From: a virus | Lineage: Duplodnaviria; Caudoviricetes | Length of the DNA stretch: 64,000 bases | Direction: 5' to 3' (one strand) | IMG/VR virus record: IMGVR_UViG_3300047160_036266 | Location: 192,001-256,000 of that record | Shown here: positions 38,186 to 47,721 of the stretch, in pieces | How the letters are laid out: every line of letters begins with the position of its first letter | Position numbering within the stretch: the first letter of the stretch is position 1 | Translations under genes and position numbers: made by a program | Notes under the pieces: model-generated | Told to the model about the DNA's origin: nothing | The model's database searches: none | What the model saw: the letters and a program-made list of their open reading frames with translations, nothing else

Positions 38186-39559
38186 ATGTTCCGCATGAAC
38201 TTCAGGGACTTTCTGCATGAGGCCGAGATCGTGGGTGGACAGTTGATGGGCAGCGAACAGGCTGCGCTGCGCATCGTCATGCCCTTCAGAAATAGCAACT
38301 GGCACATGCTGACCCTGCTCGATGGCCCACACCATCCGATCCATAGCCCGAAACAAGGCTCTATTATCGACTGCATGACCGTGGAGGAATTCCTGACCAA
38401 CGGCCTAGCCGGCTGGGCGGACGACGACACGCCACGACCTCGCCACCTTGCGGTTCTCCAGGTCATTGATAAGAACGCTGCGATCCGCTGTTTGGACGGC
38501 ACCCACATGACCAATCCCTGGCAATGGTTAAACTTCGACGCCAACTTTATGCGTCAAGCAGCAATGCGTGGCTTAAAAGACATGAAGCCGGTTATGTATC
38601 AGGGCAAGGAAATCAGTCCGGGTGGTGCCCCGAATTGGGAGAAGATAGCGCATCAGATGTTTCACGGCCCTGACCCGTTCGCCAAACCGGGGGCGAAGCA
38701 GCCTGACCTAACGGATCAGGAACGGGATGAGATGTGGCGAGCCAAGCTCGCCAAGACCATCTATGGCGATCTGCCCGACGTGTATGCCAAAGGAACCCGG
38801 CGGGACACGATGTACAACGACAAATATTATCAGCGGTACGGCAAGGTCATGCGGGGTGCCGACATCGACATCGTGGCTGAACATTGCCCGCTGAGCAAGG
38901 GTGGTTTTATCAAGGTCTTCAACCCCAGGGTTGTGCGCGAGGTCGCGCGTTTTCAAATTCGTTCTAACTTTGACGGCTATCGCAGCATGGGTGGTGACTT
39001 TTTGGCGACCAGGCCGGCATCGGAGAAGGAAGCCGAAGGAGTACAAGATAAACTCAACGACATCTTCCAAGATATTGCAGATGCACCGGAGGAAATGAGC
39101 AAGCGCATCGGCTATGTTATGGACAGCGAAGAGATGATGCGTTACATGGGGGGCGAGGAAGTTGAGGGTATCGGCTCGTTTGTGTTCCATGTGCTAGACG
39201 AAATCCACACCATCACCCGGACGGAGGGTATGGAGAAGATGATCCGTGGCTTGTACAAGGCATCCCGGCTCATGGGCATGATGCGCACACGCAGCGGCCA
39301 AGACTTCTCCGATGCCTGGGACGGAGTAGTTCGGTACAATCTTGAGTTCTACAAGAATATCCTGGTCGGCCTCCGGTCGATGAGCAAGCTCATCAAGGAT
39401 CAGTACGCTTACAAGGAAGGTGACAAGTATTACCGTGATGAGGCTGCTAAGCTCGACAAATGGTTTGCTGGGCTGACGCGATCCCTCATGGCCTTTGCGG
39501 ATGTGACGGGCCAATCGACGGAGCTACTGCGGCACCAACTTGGCCTGTTCACTGCTTAA
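38186..39559 (+). CDS. Hypothetical protein, putative head-internal
   Basis: Reads on + strand; CTATATA 5 nt upstream; MFRMNFRDFLHE. Confidence 0.75.
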   Translation: MFRMNFRDFLHEAEIVGGQLMGSEQAALRIVMPFRNSNWHMLTLLDGPHHPIHSPKQGSIIDCMTVEEFLTNGLAGWADDDTPRPRHLAVLQVIDKNAAIRCLDGTHMTNPWQWLNFDANFMRQAAMRGLKDMKPVMYQGKEISPGGAPNWEKIAHQMFHGPDPFAKPGAKQPDLTDQERDEMWRAKLAKTIYGDLPDVYAKGTRRDTMYNDKYYQRYGKVMRGADIDIVAEHCPLSKGGFIKVFNPRVVREVARFQIRSNFDGYRSMGGDFLATRPASEKEAEGVQDKLNDIFQDIADAPEEMSKRIGYVMDSEEMMRYMGGEEVEGIGSFVFHVLDEIHTITRTEGMEKMIRGLYKASRLMGMMRTRSGQDFSDAWDGVVRYNLEFYKNILVGLRSMSKLIKDQYAYKEGDKYYRDEAAKLDKWFAGLTRSLMAFADVTGQSTELLRHQLGLFTA

Positions 39560-40371
39560 AAGTTCTTCCAGATGCACTCGGTCTTGATCTTCTTGACCTT
39601 GGCCTGGGAGGAGTGGTTGGGTATCTTCTTTTTCACGCACTTCCAGCCTTTGTACAGCCGGTAATAGAGGGTTGAGTAATAGCCGCTTATCATGGCCTTG
39701 CCCTGGAAACGATTGAGGGCACGGGCTAACTCGATGTGGTCGGCCTCCGTCATTTCCAACTCGTAGGAGTCGGGACTAACGCGCGTTTCATGGAGGTAGG
39801 TCGGGTCGCAGTAGATGAGCGTATTGGGGTGGTTCCACTTGTCGATCACTTCCAGGGCCGGGCGGCTGAGGATATAAACGGACTTGATGCGTTCTGCAAC
39901 CAGGGGCAGGACATCGTTCAGGGCCGTCTCCCAGGCATTCAGGTCGCCCGGCTGTCCGCCACGAAGACGTTCGGACCAGGCGAACGCCTTCATCAGTCCG
40001 TCACGGGACATCCGCCGCAGGATGAAGGAATTGATCGCCTGATGGAAGAAGGTTATTTGCCGTTCGTCCTTGCACTCCAAAGCGCCACGAAAGACCTCTT
40101 TGCAGTATTTGATCTTCTTGAGGTAGTCGATGAACTCCTGGGTGTTGTCCCGGAGCATCTTGAAGATCAACGTCACGCCTTCGTCCAGGTCGTTGATCGT
40201 TTCCTCGAACTCCAGTGAGGAGGGAGGTTTTTTGTTGAGCAGGACGCTGGCCGCACCGCAATACGGCTCCAGGTAGTTCATCTCGGTATAATTCGGCGGA
40301 AAGTTGGCAATGATCCACGGGGCCAGGTAATACTTGCCGCCATGAATCTTGAAGGGGGGCCGAATGCGCAT
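39556..40371 (-). CDS. dam: DNA adenine methyltransferase (Dam/D12 class)
   Basis: GGKYYL, YLEPYCGAASV, INDLD, YCDPTY. Confidence 0.9.
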   Translation of the reverse strand: MRIRPPFKIHGGKYYLAPWIIANFPPNYTEMNYLEPYCGAASVLLNKKPPSSLEFEETINDLDEGVTLIFKMLRDNTQEFIDYLKKIKYCKEVFRGALECKDERQITFFHQAINSFILRRMSRDGLMKAFAWSERLRGGQPGDLNAWETALNDVLPLVAERIKSVYILSRPALEVIDKWNHPNTLIYCDPTYLHETRVSPDSYELEMTEADHIELARALNRFQGKAMISGYYSTLYYRLYKGWKCVKKKIPNHSSQAKVKKIKTECIWKNF

Positions 40372-40373
40372 GG

Positions 40374-40574
40374 TTACTCTTTCTTGCCTTGGTGAATCAG
40401 TCGCTTGCAGAACACACAGATTATATCATACGGGCCGTAGCCTTTCGAGGCCCCTGGCCAGAACCAGCCGAGGTCCGGGTGATCTTCGTCATGGCATTTT
40501 TCGCACATCGCTGCCATTTTCTGTTCGTCCTCCGGCAAACTTTGGTCAACGAACCAGTAGCTATTTTCTGACAT
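40374..40574 (-). CDS. Small zinc-finger protein
   Basis: CEKC and CVFC; AGGAGG RBS. Confidence 0.7.
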   Translation of the reverse strand: MSENSYWFVDQSLPEDEQKMAAMCEKCHDEDHPDLGWFWPGASKGYGPYDIICVFCKRLIHQGKKE

Positions 40575-40600
40575 ATTTACCTCCTGCCCCTAAATAACGT

Positions 40601-40903
40601 ATGCTGCAAACCCTAAGAAAGATGGCCTGTTCCGTCTACGAACCCCTCACCCAAGCTAACCTGCTCTCCCTGGTGGGTCCGACCAGTGGTGCCTACGCCA
40701 TGCTCTCGCCCCTGCCTCTGGATCGTTGGAAGATCATCAGTTTTGATTCGGCCAATGCTCTCGTGTGCATCCAGATGGACGCCCCATCCGGCAGCAGGAT
40801 AATCAACGTGAAGGTGGACATCAGCGCAATGGAAACCCCACCCCAAACCCAACCGAGACAATTTAACGACGTTCATCCCACCGGGCAATACACGCCGCAC
40901 TAG
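40601..40903 (+). CDS. Hypothetical protein
   Basis: CTAAATA 4 nt upstream of ATG. Confidence 0.65.
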   Translation: MLQTLRKMACSVYEPLTQANLLSLVGPTSGAYAMLSPLPLDRWKIISFDSANALVCIQMDAPSGSRIINVKVDISAMETPPQTQPRQFNDVHPTGQYTPH

Positions 40904-42156
40904 CTCTTGAAATAGTTGCGGTTCCCCAAGCATTCATTGGCTTCGCTGATGCGCTTGAGGGCCAGTGCGTAGCACGCCGTCCGCACCGGGATGTGATACT
41001 GGAACCGCCGCACCATCGTCCGCTCGGTGGCATACTGCATCATCTTTTTCAGCCGGCTGTTTACGTCGTCCAGGGTCTTTAGCTCGGCGGTGCGGTTCTG
41101 CAACCACTCAAAATAGGAGACGACTACGCCACCGGCATTCGCCAATATATCAGGAATCACCACGATATTTTTTTCGTTCAAAATGGCGTCGGCCTCGTTG
41201 GTGGTCGGCCCGTTCGCCAATTCAAATACCATCCTGGCCCGGACTTGATCGGCATTCTCAGCGGTCAAGACGTTCTCGATAGCCGCCGGGGCCAATATGT
41301 CAACGTCCAACAGGAGCAATTCCTTGTTGGTGATCTTACTGCCCTGGCCGTCCAATTCCCCTGACTCCAGGTGCTTGCGCAGGGCGACGGGATTGAGGCC
41401 GTTCTCGTTGTAGACCCCGCCGTTCTCATTGCTTATCGCCACCACTTTCAGGCCATTCTTGTAGCACTTCTCGGCAAACCAGTATCCGACCTTGCCGAAC
41501 CCCTGGATCGCAATGCGGATCGACTCCTTCACCGGCAGGTTCACCTTGTCCAGATAGTGGTCCATCAGTGCTTCCAGCACATAATAGCCACCGTAGCCCG
41601 TGGCCGAGTTTCTTCCTTCGATACCGCCCAGCGCCACAGGCTTGCCCGTCACTACGTCCAGAGGATGTCCGCCCTTGATCTTGCGGTACTCGCTGTACAT
41701 CCAGCCCATCACCCGCTCGTCGGTCCCCATGTCCGGGGCCGGAATGTCGATATTCGGCCCAATAAAGTCGGCCACGGCAGCAATATAAGCCTTGCTCAAC
41801 CGCTCCAGTTCACGATGGGACAGTTTCTTGGGGTCCACGCTGATCCCGCCCTTGGAACCGCCGAAGGGAATGTTCAGGGCCGCACATTTGAACGTCATCC
41901 AGAATGCCAGCGCCTCGCAATGATCCCGGTCCACCGCCGGGTGATAACGCACCCCACCCTTGGCCGGACCACGGGTAGTATCATATTGACAGCGGTATGC
42001 CTTGTAGAGCTTGAGAGTTCCGTCGTCGTGACGCATGGGGATGGAACAGTACAATGTTTTTTGTGGATATTGCAGGCGCTCCCAGCTTTCCGGGTCGATG
42101 TCTGCATATTTGGCAGCGGCGTCAAGCTGCTTCTTCGCGTCTTCGAGCATAGACAT
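40900..42156 (-). CDS. gdhA: Glutamate dehydrogenase (Glu/Leu/Phe/Val family)
   Basis: GPAKGGVRYHP, GGSKGG, IPAPDMGT, VTGKP, QGFGKVG, ELANGPT, PDILANAGGV. Confidence 0.95.
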   Translation of the reverse strand: MSMLEDAKKQLDAAAKYADIDPESWERLQYPQKTLYCSIPMRHDDGTLKLYKAYRCQYDTTRGPAKGGVRYHPAVDRDHCEALAFWMTFKCAALNIPFGGSKGGISVDPKKLSHRELERLSKAYIAAVADFIGPNIDIPAPDMGTDERVMGWMYSEYRKIKGGHPLDVVTGKPVALGGIEGRNSATGYGGYYVLEALMDHYLDKVNLPVKESIRIAIQGFGKVGYWFAEKCYKNGLKVVAISNENGGVYNENGLNPVALRKHLESGELDGQGSKITNKELLLLDVDILAPAAIENVLTAENADQVRARMVFELANGPTTNEADAILNEKNIVVIPDILANAGGVVVSYFEWLQNRTAELKTLDDVNSRLKKMMQYATERTMVRRFQYHIPVRTACYALALKRISEANECLGNRNYFKS

Positions 42157-42234
42157 GGGGCCTCCTTGTATATATCACGAAACCGAGGCAGTTTTATTTA
42201 TTCCAAATCGTCTTCATGGCACCTACATACAAAC

Positions 42235-43044
42235 ATGAAATCGTTCTTTTTTGCGTGCCTATTTACCACATCTTTATTGTTCACCCTGACATCGAGATTT
42301 TCAACTAAGGCGGACGAACCGGACATCGAGTTACATAAAAAGTGTCTGTACCCGACCGTGCGCGTGGAGAATGAAGGGAGTGGCGGCACCGGCGTTATTG
42401 TTCGTAGCGATAGGGTAGGCGACAAGGAATATCGAAATGTTGCCATCACCTGCGCCCATGTTATCCATCCATTGTCAAGATACAAGGTTCGCGTCCCGAC
42501 CTACGAAGAGTGGTCCACCTTCGTGGAGTTCGAGGATTATCCGTGTCGCGTGTACGGCAAGAATGAGGATGCGGACCTGACTGTTCTGTTGTTTACCACA
42601 CCCCGCCCGATGCCAGTGGCCACCTTCGGGTTCCGGGAAAGTTTGTATATCGGCACCGACGTATATCACATCGGTTGCGGGCTGGGGCCTGAGCCTCGTC
42701 TGGATTATGGGAAGATCACTTCCCTTGGCAGCAAGATCGAAGGCCACAGTGCCAAAGCCTATCGGACCTCAATGAACATGGTTCCTGGGGATTCGGGAGG
42801 GCCGGTATTCCACAAGCACCGCCTGGTGGGCTTTTCCCAGGCGATCAAGGTATTGTGTTTCCGGGGCTTCCCCACGCCCATCACACACATATCCTACATC
42901 ATTCCAGTGGAGCGGGTTAAAACCTGGGATGAAAAGGAAAATAACACCCTGCATTTCATATATAAGGAGCGACACGACTTGCCAGAGCTTCCCTTCGCCA
43001 TCTTGCGATTGGAAGAGTATCGCTGGGAGGGTCTTCCTAAGTAG
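42235..43044 (+). CDS. Trypsin-like serine protease with signal/TM leader
   Basis: TCAHV, DLTVL, GDSGG triad; CTACATA 5 nt upstream. Confidence 0.88.
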   Translation: MKSFFFACLFTTSLLFTLTSRFSTKADEPDIELHKKCLYPTVRVENEGSGGTGVIVRSDRVGDKEYRNVAITCAHVIHPLSRYKVRVPTYEEWSTFVEFEDYPCRVYGKNEDADLTVLLFTTPRPMPVATFGFRESLYIGTDVYHIGCGLGPEPRLDYGKITSLGSKIEGHSAKAYRTSMNMVPGDSGGPVFHKHRLVGFSQAIKVLCFRGFPTPITHISYIIPVERVKTWDEKENNTLHFIYKERHDLPELPFAILRLEEYRWEGLPK

Positions 43045-43055
43045 CGGAGAAGGGG

Positions 43056-44627
43056 ATGCAAACTTTCCAAGATTATGTGACTTCCAATAAAATGCACCGG
43101 CTGGCCGGACAGGCGTTTACCCTGATGGTCCAGCACGGCTACGATCCGATGGCGTTCGTAGAGTGGTTTGAGGACGAGGGCGTTTACCTGTCGGTGCGGG
43201 AAGCAGCAGTCCAAGCGAAAGGTGGGCTTCGTCGCCTGGATGAATTATCATGGGCTAACTTGGTAGGAAAAGGGTGGTTGTGGGGGCGTGGCAAGCAACA
43301 GCCAAAAGGACCAAGTTGGGATGAAATCGGCGGGCCGGAAATGTTCCCCCATGATGAAACCCCCGGTGCCGCAGGCGCAGCCCAAGGTGCCACTCCGGGA
43401 CAGCCACAGCAACCAATGACTGCGCCGCAAATGGGCGACCTTACCAAACAGCGTGCAGTCCAAAATGCTGTAACCAAGCTGCAAGATTTGCAATACAAAG
43501 ATTGGATTTATGACAAGAACCCTCAGCTTACTGCGGCGCTGAATCAAATTGTTCAGTTGTTGCAGGCCCCGCAGGTGCCGGTACAGCAAACGCAACCACC
43601 AGCCGCCCCCACAGAACAACCAGCCAAACCACCACAGGTTCATGCCTCAACGATAGCACCCGTTGGGTCGCCGCCGCCGGGTGGTGCGCATATGGCTCCT
43701 TCGTTTATGAATGCCGACTGGCGTACTCCTGCCGGTTCGCCATTGAGGGAGTACAACAAGATGCTTATTGACCGTACCGTGGATAAACTGGTACGGGCAG
43801 GCATCAACCCGATGTTATTTGTGGACTGGTATAGCACCGAAGGTATTTTCTGTGAAAACGCTCAGGTGTTCGAGGGCCGCTTAGGGGATTGGATGGGGGC
43901 CATTGGCAAGGGTATTGGGAGTTGGTTCGGTGGAAGCGGCTTTAAGCACGGTTATGATGCGCGTTACAACACCATTGCCGTGCAGACGGCAGGAGCGGCC
44001 AGGCAAGCCTTGGCTGATCTCCAAAGCACTCACCCAGACCTGGGTGGCCCAAATATGGCCAGCAACCTAAAGTTCGCAATCGGTGAGTTGGATAAGATCA
44101 TCAAAGAGAAGGGCGGCACTGAATTTAAGGACATCAACAAGCCGGCATCGGGAGTGGATTGGTCCAAACTGAAAGGGCCAACGCCTGGTGAAGAGCAACC
44201 ACCGGGTTCGGCGCAGCCGCCTGCGGCGGCTAAGCCTGCGGAACCCGCCCCCGCACCAGTACCGGCGGGTCACACTCCTGGCACTACAGCACCGTCGCAG
44301 GAAGGCATCCCACCGGAGACTATAACCAAGCTCCGTAATGCAATAGACAATCCAAGCCATGCCGATGCCAGCGACCCCCAGGTGGCGGAAATCCTGAATA
44401 ACCCACAGATCAAGGCCGAGGTCGAGCGGATTCACAAACTGGATGACAATGACCCGCAATTTGCCGGAAAAGACCCGCAAACAGCGAAGCACGAACTAAT
44501 TGCCCAGCAGGTCCGAAATATTTGGGACCAACTGCGCAGCGGTCATATTGATGTTGGTGCCCAGGGTGCTGACTGGTACAGACCCATCGGCAAGCCCTTT
44601 ATGGAATGGCTCAGAGAGAGGCAATAA
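43056..44627 (+). CDS. Modular Pro/Gln-rich protein with duplicated domain, putative head-internal
   Basis: MQTFQDY; GYDPMAFVEWFEDEG vs GINPMLFVDWYSTEG; ends FMEWLRE. Confidence 0.75.
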   Translation: MQTFQDYVTSNKMHRLAGQAFTLMVQHGYDPMAFVEWFEDEGVYLSVREAAVQAKGGLRRLDELSWANLVGKGWLWGRGKQQPKGPSWDEIGGPEMFPHDETPGAAGAAQGATPGQPQQPMTAPQMGDLTKQRAVQNAVTKLQDLQYKDWIYDKNPQLTAALNQIVQLLQAPQVPVQQTQPPAAPTEQPAKPPQVHASTIAPVGSPPPGGAHMAPSFMNADWRTPAGSPLREYNKMLIDRTVDKLVRAGINPMLFVDWYSTEGIFCENAQVFEGRLGDWMGAIGKGIGSWFGGSGFKHGYDARYNTIAVQTAGAARQALADLQSTHPDLGGPNMASNLKFAIGELDKIIKEKGGTEFKDINKPASGVDWSKLKGPTPGEEQPPGSAQPPAAAKPAEPAPAPVPAGHTPGTTAPSQEGIPPETITKLRNAIDNPSHADASDPQVAEILNNPQIKAEVERIHKLDDNDPQFAGKDPQTAKHELIAQQVRNIWDQLRSGHIDVGAQGADWYRPIGKPFMEWLRERQ

Positions 44628-45828
44628 TCTTCACGGCTTCGTCGGCATCCTCCATGCTGAAGGTGAGCGGCGGTCGCAGTCGAATACTGCGGTCGCCGCT
44701 TTTCAGCATCAACATCCTGTCGCTCAACCTGCAATAAGCCTCGCCCTGGTCAATCGGATCAAAAGCAATCATCAGCCCCCGACCCCGTACATTACGAATC
44801 GGAACATTGGCGTTGCGGAGTTTGTCCAGCAGGTAGTCCCCGACTTTGGCGGCGTTCTCCACCCACTTTTCCCTCACGATGATCTCACTCAGAATAGTGA
44901 AGCGTATCATATCGAGGATGTTGCCGCCCCAGGTGCTATTGATGCGCCCGCTGTCGTTGAAGACGTGCTTGGTCACTTCGTCCACTTTATGGGTGGCACA
45001 GCAACCGCACACCTGGGTCTTCTTGCCGAAGCACATGAGGTCGGGTTGGAGGTCGAAGTGTTCGTAGCCCCACATTTTGCCGGTCAGACCTACGCCCGTT
45101 TGCACTTCGTCCACGATGAACAGAGCGTCGTATTTCCGGGCGAGAGAACGGAGGCCCTGGAGGTATTGGGGCCGGAAATGGATGTCACCCCCTTCGCCTT
45201 GAATTGGCTCCACAATAACGGCAGCTACATTGCCACGCTCCAGGGCGTTCTGGGCGACCGCTAGACTTGCCTCCTCGCCGTCGTTAGGGGCGGGCAGCCT
45301 GGTCCAGCGGAACTTGGGATAGCCCCAAGTCTTGACGGGCTTGGTGTTGGTGAGGGACAGCGTGTAGCCGCTCCGACCGTGGAACGCATGTTCCAGGTGG
45401 ATCACATCCAATATATTGGCATGTGCGTCCCGGTCCCAGCCCATCTTCTTCATCTTGTAATCAAAGGCGCACTTGAGGGCGTTCTCCACTCCCAGGGTGC
45501 CGGTGTCGATAAAGAAGTAGTAACGGAAGTCTGGGGTGATGCTTTTGAACGCCTCTACGAATTCGGCGTACTCCCGAACGTATACGTCCGACAGGGCGAT
45601 CTTTACCGACAGGAGAGAGCGGAAACGGTCCAGGTGGTCGTTGAAGGAGGGGTGGTTCCAGCCGAGAGGTTGGCTGGCGAACATCGACATGCAATCGAGG
45701 TATTTGGTGCCGGTGCGGGCGTCAACTACATAGGAGCCGAGACTGCGCAGAGGGTCCACAATGATGGGAAGACCATCCCCTATCGTGTGCTTTCGCAACA
45801 CGTCATGGACATCCTCGTTGCGAATCAT
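44611..45828 (-). CDS. lat: L-lysine 6-aminotransferase (class III PLP aminotransferase)
   Basis: ASQPLGWNHP, GVENALK.AFD, AFHGRSGYTLSLTNT, EPIQGEGGD, DEVQTG, FGKKTQV, RINSTWGGN. Confidence 0.9.
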   Translation of the reverse strand: MIRNEDVHDVLRKHTIGDGLPIIVDPLRSLGSYVVDARTGTKYLDCMSMFASQPLGWNHPSFNDHLDRFRSLLSVKIALSDVYVREYAEFVEAFKSITPDFRYYFFIDTGTLGVENALKCAFDYKMKKMGWDRDAHANILDVIHLEHAFHGRSGYTLSLTNTKPVKTWGYPKFRWTRLPAPNDGEEASLAVAQNALERGNVAAVIVEPIQGEGGDIHFRPQYLQGLRSLARKYDALFIVDEVQTGVGLTGKMWGYEHFDLQPDLMCFGKKTQVCGCCATHKVDEVTKHVFNDSGRINSTWGGNILDMIRFTILSEIIVREKWVENAAKVGDYLLDKLRNANVPIRNVRGRGLMIAFDPIDQGEAYCRLSDRMLMLKSGDRSIRLRPPLTFSMEDADEAVKIIASL

Positions 45829-45831
45829 GGG

Positions 45832-46107
45832 TTAAATCCAGCCGGTTTTTATTCCTTGTTGGATGTCTTCCAACGTCACCTTGCGGCCCAAGAAGTCGCT
45901 GACGCTCTGGATAAAATGCTTGGCAATATCTTCCTGTACGGCACGCATGAACTGCGGTCCCATCTTTTGCGCTTCAATGAAAGACGATGAATCCACCGAC
46001 CAATCCAGCATTTCGCCGCCAATGAAAATCTTCTTTTCGATACTCCCGTCTGGGTGCATTCGCATTTTAACTTCAAAAGACTTCTTCTCAAGTGGTTCGT
46101 CAGCCAT
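45832..46107 (-). CDS. Hypothetical protein
   Basis: TATAAT 5 nt upstream of ATG on minus strand. Confidence 0.7.
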   Translation of the reverse strand: MADEPLEKKSFEVKMRMHPDGSIEKKIFIGGEMLDWSVDSSSFIEAQKMGPQFMRAVQEDIAKHFIQSVSDFLGRKVTLEDIQQGIKTGWI

Positions 46108-46139
46108 GTTTTATTATAGTGCGTTCCCTACATATTTCC

Positions 46140-47558
46140 ATGCCAGATGCCCTGTCCTTCCGCCTGTGGTTACAACAGCAGGAGACGCTGCCGCCGTTTG
46201 AGGAAGGCGTCATGCAGTGGCTTGGCGATAAATGGGGTAGGTTCAAGAAGTGGCTGGGCGATTTGAAGCAGGCGGCTGGCGCGACCTATCGCTCCGTCAT
46301 GGTCATGTGGAAGAAAGCCCCGGAACTGCATAACGTGCTGATGGAATTGCCCATTGCCTTTGACGCCGCCATGCGCGACCCCGTTCTCAAGGACACCACC
46401 CTCAATAAGAGCTTCATCGCTGCCCTCAAGCAGATGTCCCAAGACCCCTCGCTGGAAAAACAAGCAATACTCGCCAAGATCAAGAATATTCAGCAGTTGG
46501 TTCAGCAAGGCGGCGACGAGGCAGCCATTGCTGAGGAGTTCTGGCGGTCCAACGTCGGAGGCTTTGTCCGCTGGCTGTGGCAGCTTACTCACCTGGGTCC
46601 GATCCTGAAGCGACTGCCCCAGGTCACGGTGGTAAATGCCTGGCGGACTTTGCAGGCGTTCTGGGATAAGGAGCAGGGGAAAGTATCCGTCAAGGTCGGT
46701 GCCTTTGCCGCCGTTATGGCAGCCCTGGAGTTGTTGCAATTTCTGGCAGCCGGTGCCCTGATGACCGGGTTGTTGGGCAAGGCCCTTATTCTCTTGCACC
46801 TTACCACGCTGGGGGTGGCTTTTGCCGGCGGGGCCTGGATTGCCTGGGCGGTGGTCAGCGCCCTCCATAAAGAGGGAGGCCAAAAGGACTCTGAGGAAGA
46901 GCAGGCTGCCAAGATCATGGCCGGTGTGATGAAGGCCATCGACCCAGGTGCCGACACGGGCCTCATGAAGAATGTGGACTGGTATAAGAGCCATCTGCGG
47001 CAGCGCCAGCAGAAGATACAGCAGCAGCGCGCCGGCGTCCAACCAGCAGTTGCCGAAAGTACCGCCCACGAGTTATACGATAGCGCCGTTGCCGCCTTCC
47101 CCAACACCACCAGGAGGCAACACGCTACGGACCCCATTAGAATCACCCAACTGGAGTGGACGCCCTTCCTGGGACTGAAAACCCTGTTCATCAAGGCCCT
47201 GGCGCAAAACCCGGACGGCACCAGGGGCTTCTCGGAATATCAGCCGATGATTTTGTGGAAGAACGTCAACTACAATCCGAACCGGCGAGTTGTTGAGATC
47301 ATCGCCAGTGACCAGCAGCCCTATCGCTTCGAGAGGTTGGAATATGATGGCAATGACGTGTTGCTGCGCTGTGATTGTGCCGACTTCCACTGGCGATTCA
47401 ACTACTACGACCACCTGGACAAGTCCCTTTACGGCAGGAAGCGGCGCAAATACGAGAGTCAGGGCGGTCCTCCGGCCAACCCCCAGGAGATGCCGGGCAT
47501 GTGCAAACACATCATGAAGCTGTTCAAGGCTTTAGGTGAAGCAGGCGTCGTTGATTAG
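46140..47558 (+). CDS. Hydrophobic-hairpin + SWIM zinc-finger protein
   Basis: CTACATA 5 nt upstream; long hydrophobic segment; LRCDCADF...MCKHI. Confidence 0.75.
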   Translation: MPDALSFRLWLQQQETLPPFEEGVMQWLGDKWGRFKKWLGDLKQAAGATYRSVMVMWKKAPELHNVLMELPIAFDAAMRDPVLKDTTLNKSFIAALKQMSQDPSLEKQAILAKIKNIQQLVQQGGDEAAIAEEFWRSNVGGFVRWLWQLTHLGPILKRLPQVTVVNAWRTLQAFWDKEQGKVSVKVGAFAAVMAALELLQFLAAGALMTGLLGKALILLHLTTLGVAFAGGAWIAWAVVSALHKEGGQKDSEEEQAAKIMAGVMKAIDPGADTGLMKNVDWYKSHLRQRQQKIQQQRAGVQPAVAESTAHELYDSAVAAFPNTTRRQHATDPIRITQLEWTPFLGLKTLFIKALAQNPDGTRGFSEYQPMILWKNVNYNPNRRVVEIIASDQQPYRFERLEYDGNDVLLRCDCADFHWRFNYYDHLDKSLYGRKRRKYESQGGPPANPQEMPGMCKHIMKLFKALGEAGVVD

Positions 47559-47593
47559 TTAATAAGAATTGACGGCAGGTGCATATATAAACA

Positions 47594-47712
47594 AAAGAAG
47601 ATCGGAAAGCACACACTTCCCGACCCTCTTCTGCTTAATTAGAAAGGCTAATAAGGATGAGTCTTAGACCTTTCGACAACGATTCACCGGGGTGACGGAT
47701 CACCCCGGTTTT
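47594..47712 (+). ncRNA. Candidate small structured RNA / 12-aa peptide transcript
   Basis: ATATATA at 47583, 5' hairpin, RBS + MSLRPFDNDSPG* (47657-47695), terminal hairpin. Confidence 0.35.
47686..47712. terminator. Intrinsic terminator
   Basis: accggggtga-cgga-tcaccccggt followed by ttt. Confidence 0.8.
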
Positions 47713-47721
47713 CCATTTATA

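Noticed and set aside
41371-42234. 557-aa N-terminally extended protease ORF
   Set aside because: Upstream part is the antisense shadow of gdhA; promoter motif and signal peptide place the start at 42235
47599-47614. Illumina adapter remnant (AGATCGGAA-AGCACAC resembles AGATCGGAAGAGCACAC)
   Set aside because: One-base gap, continuation does not match the adapter, and the bases pair with downstream sequence; not fully excluded without reads
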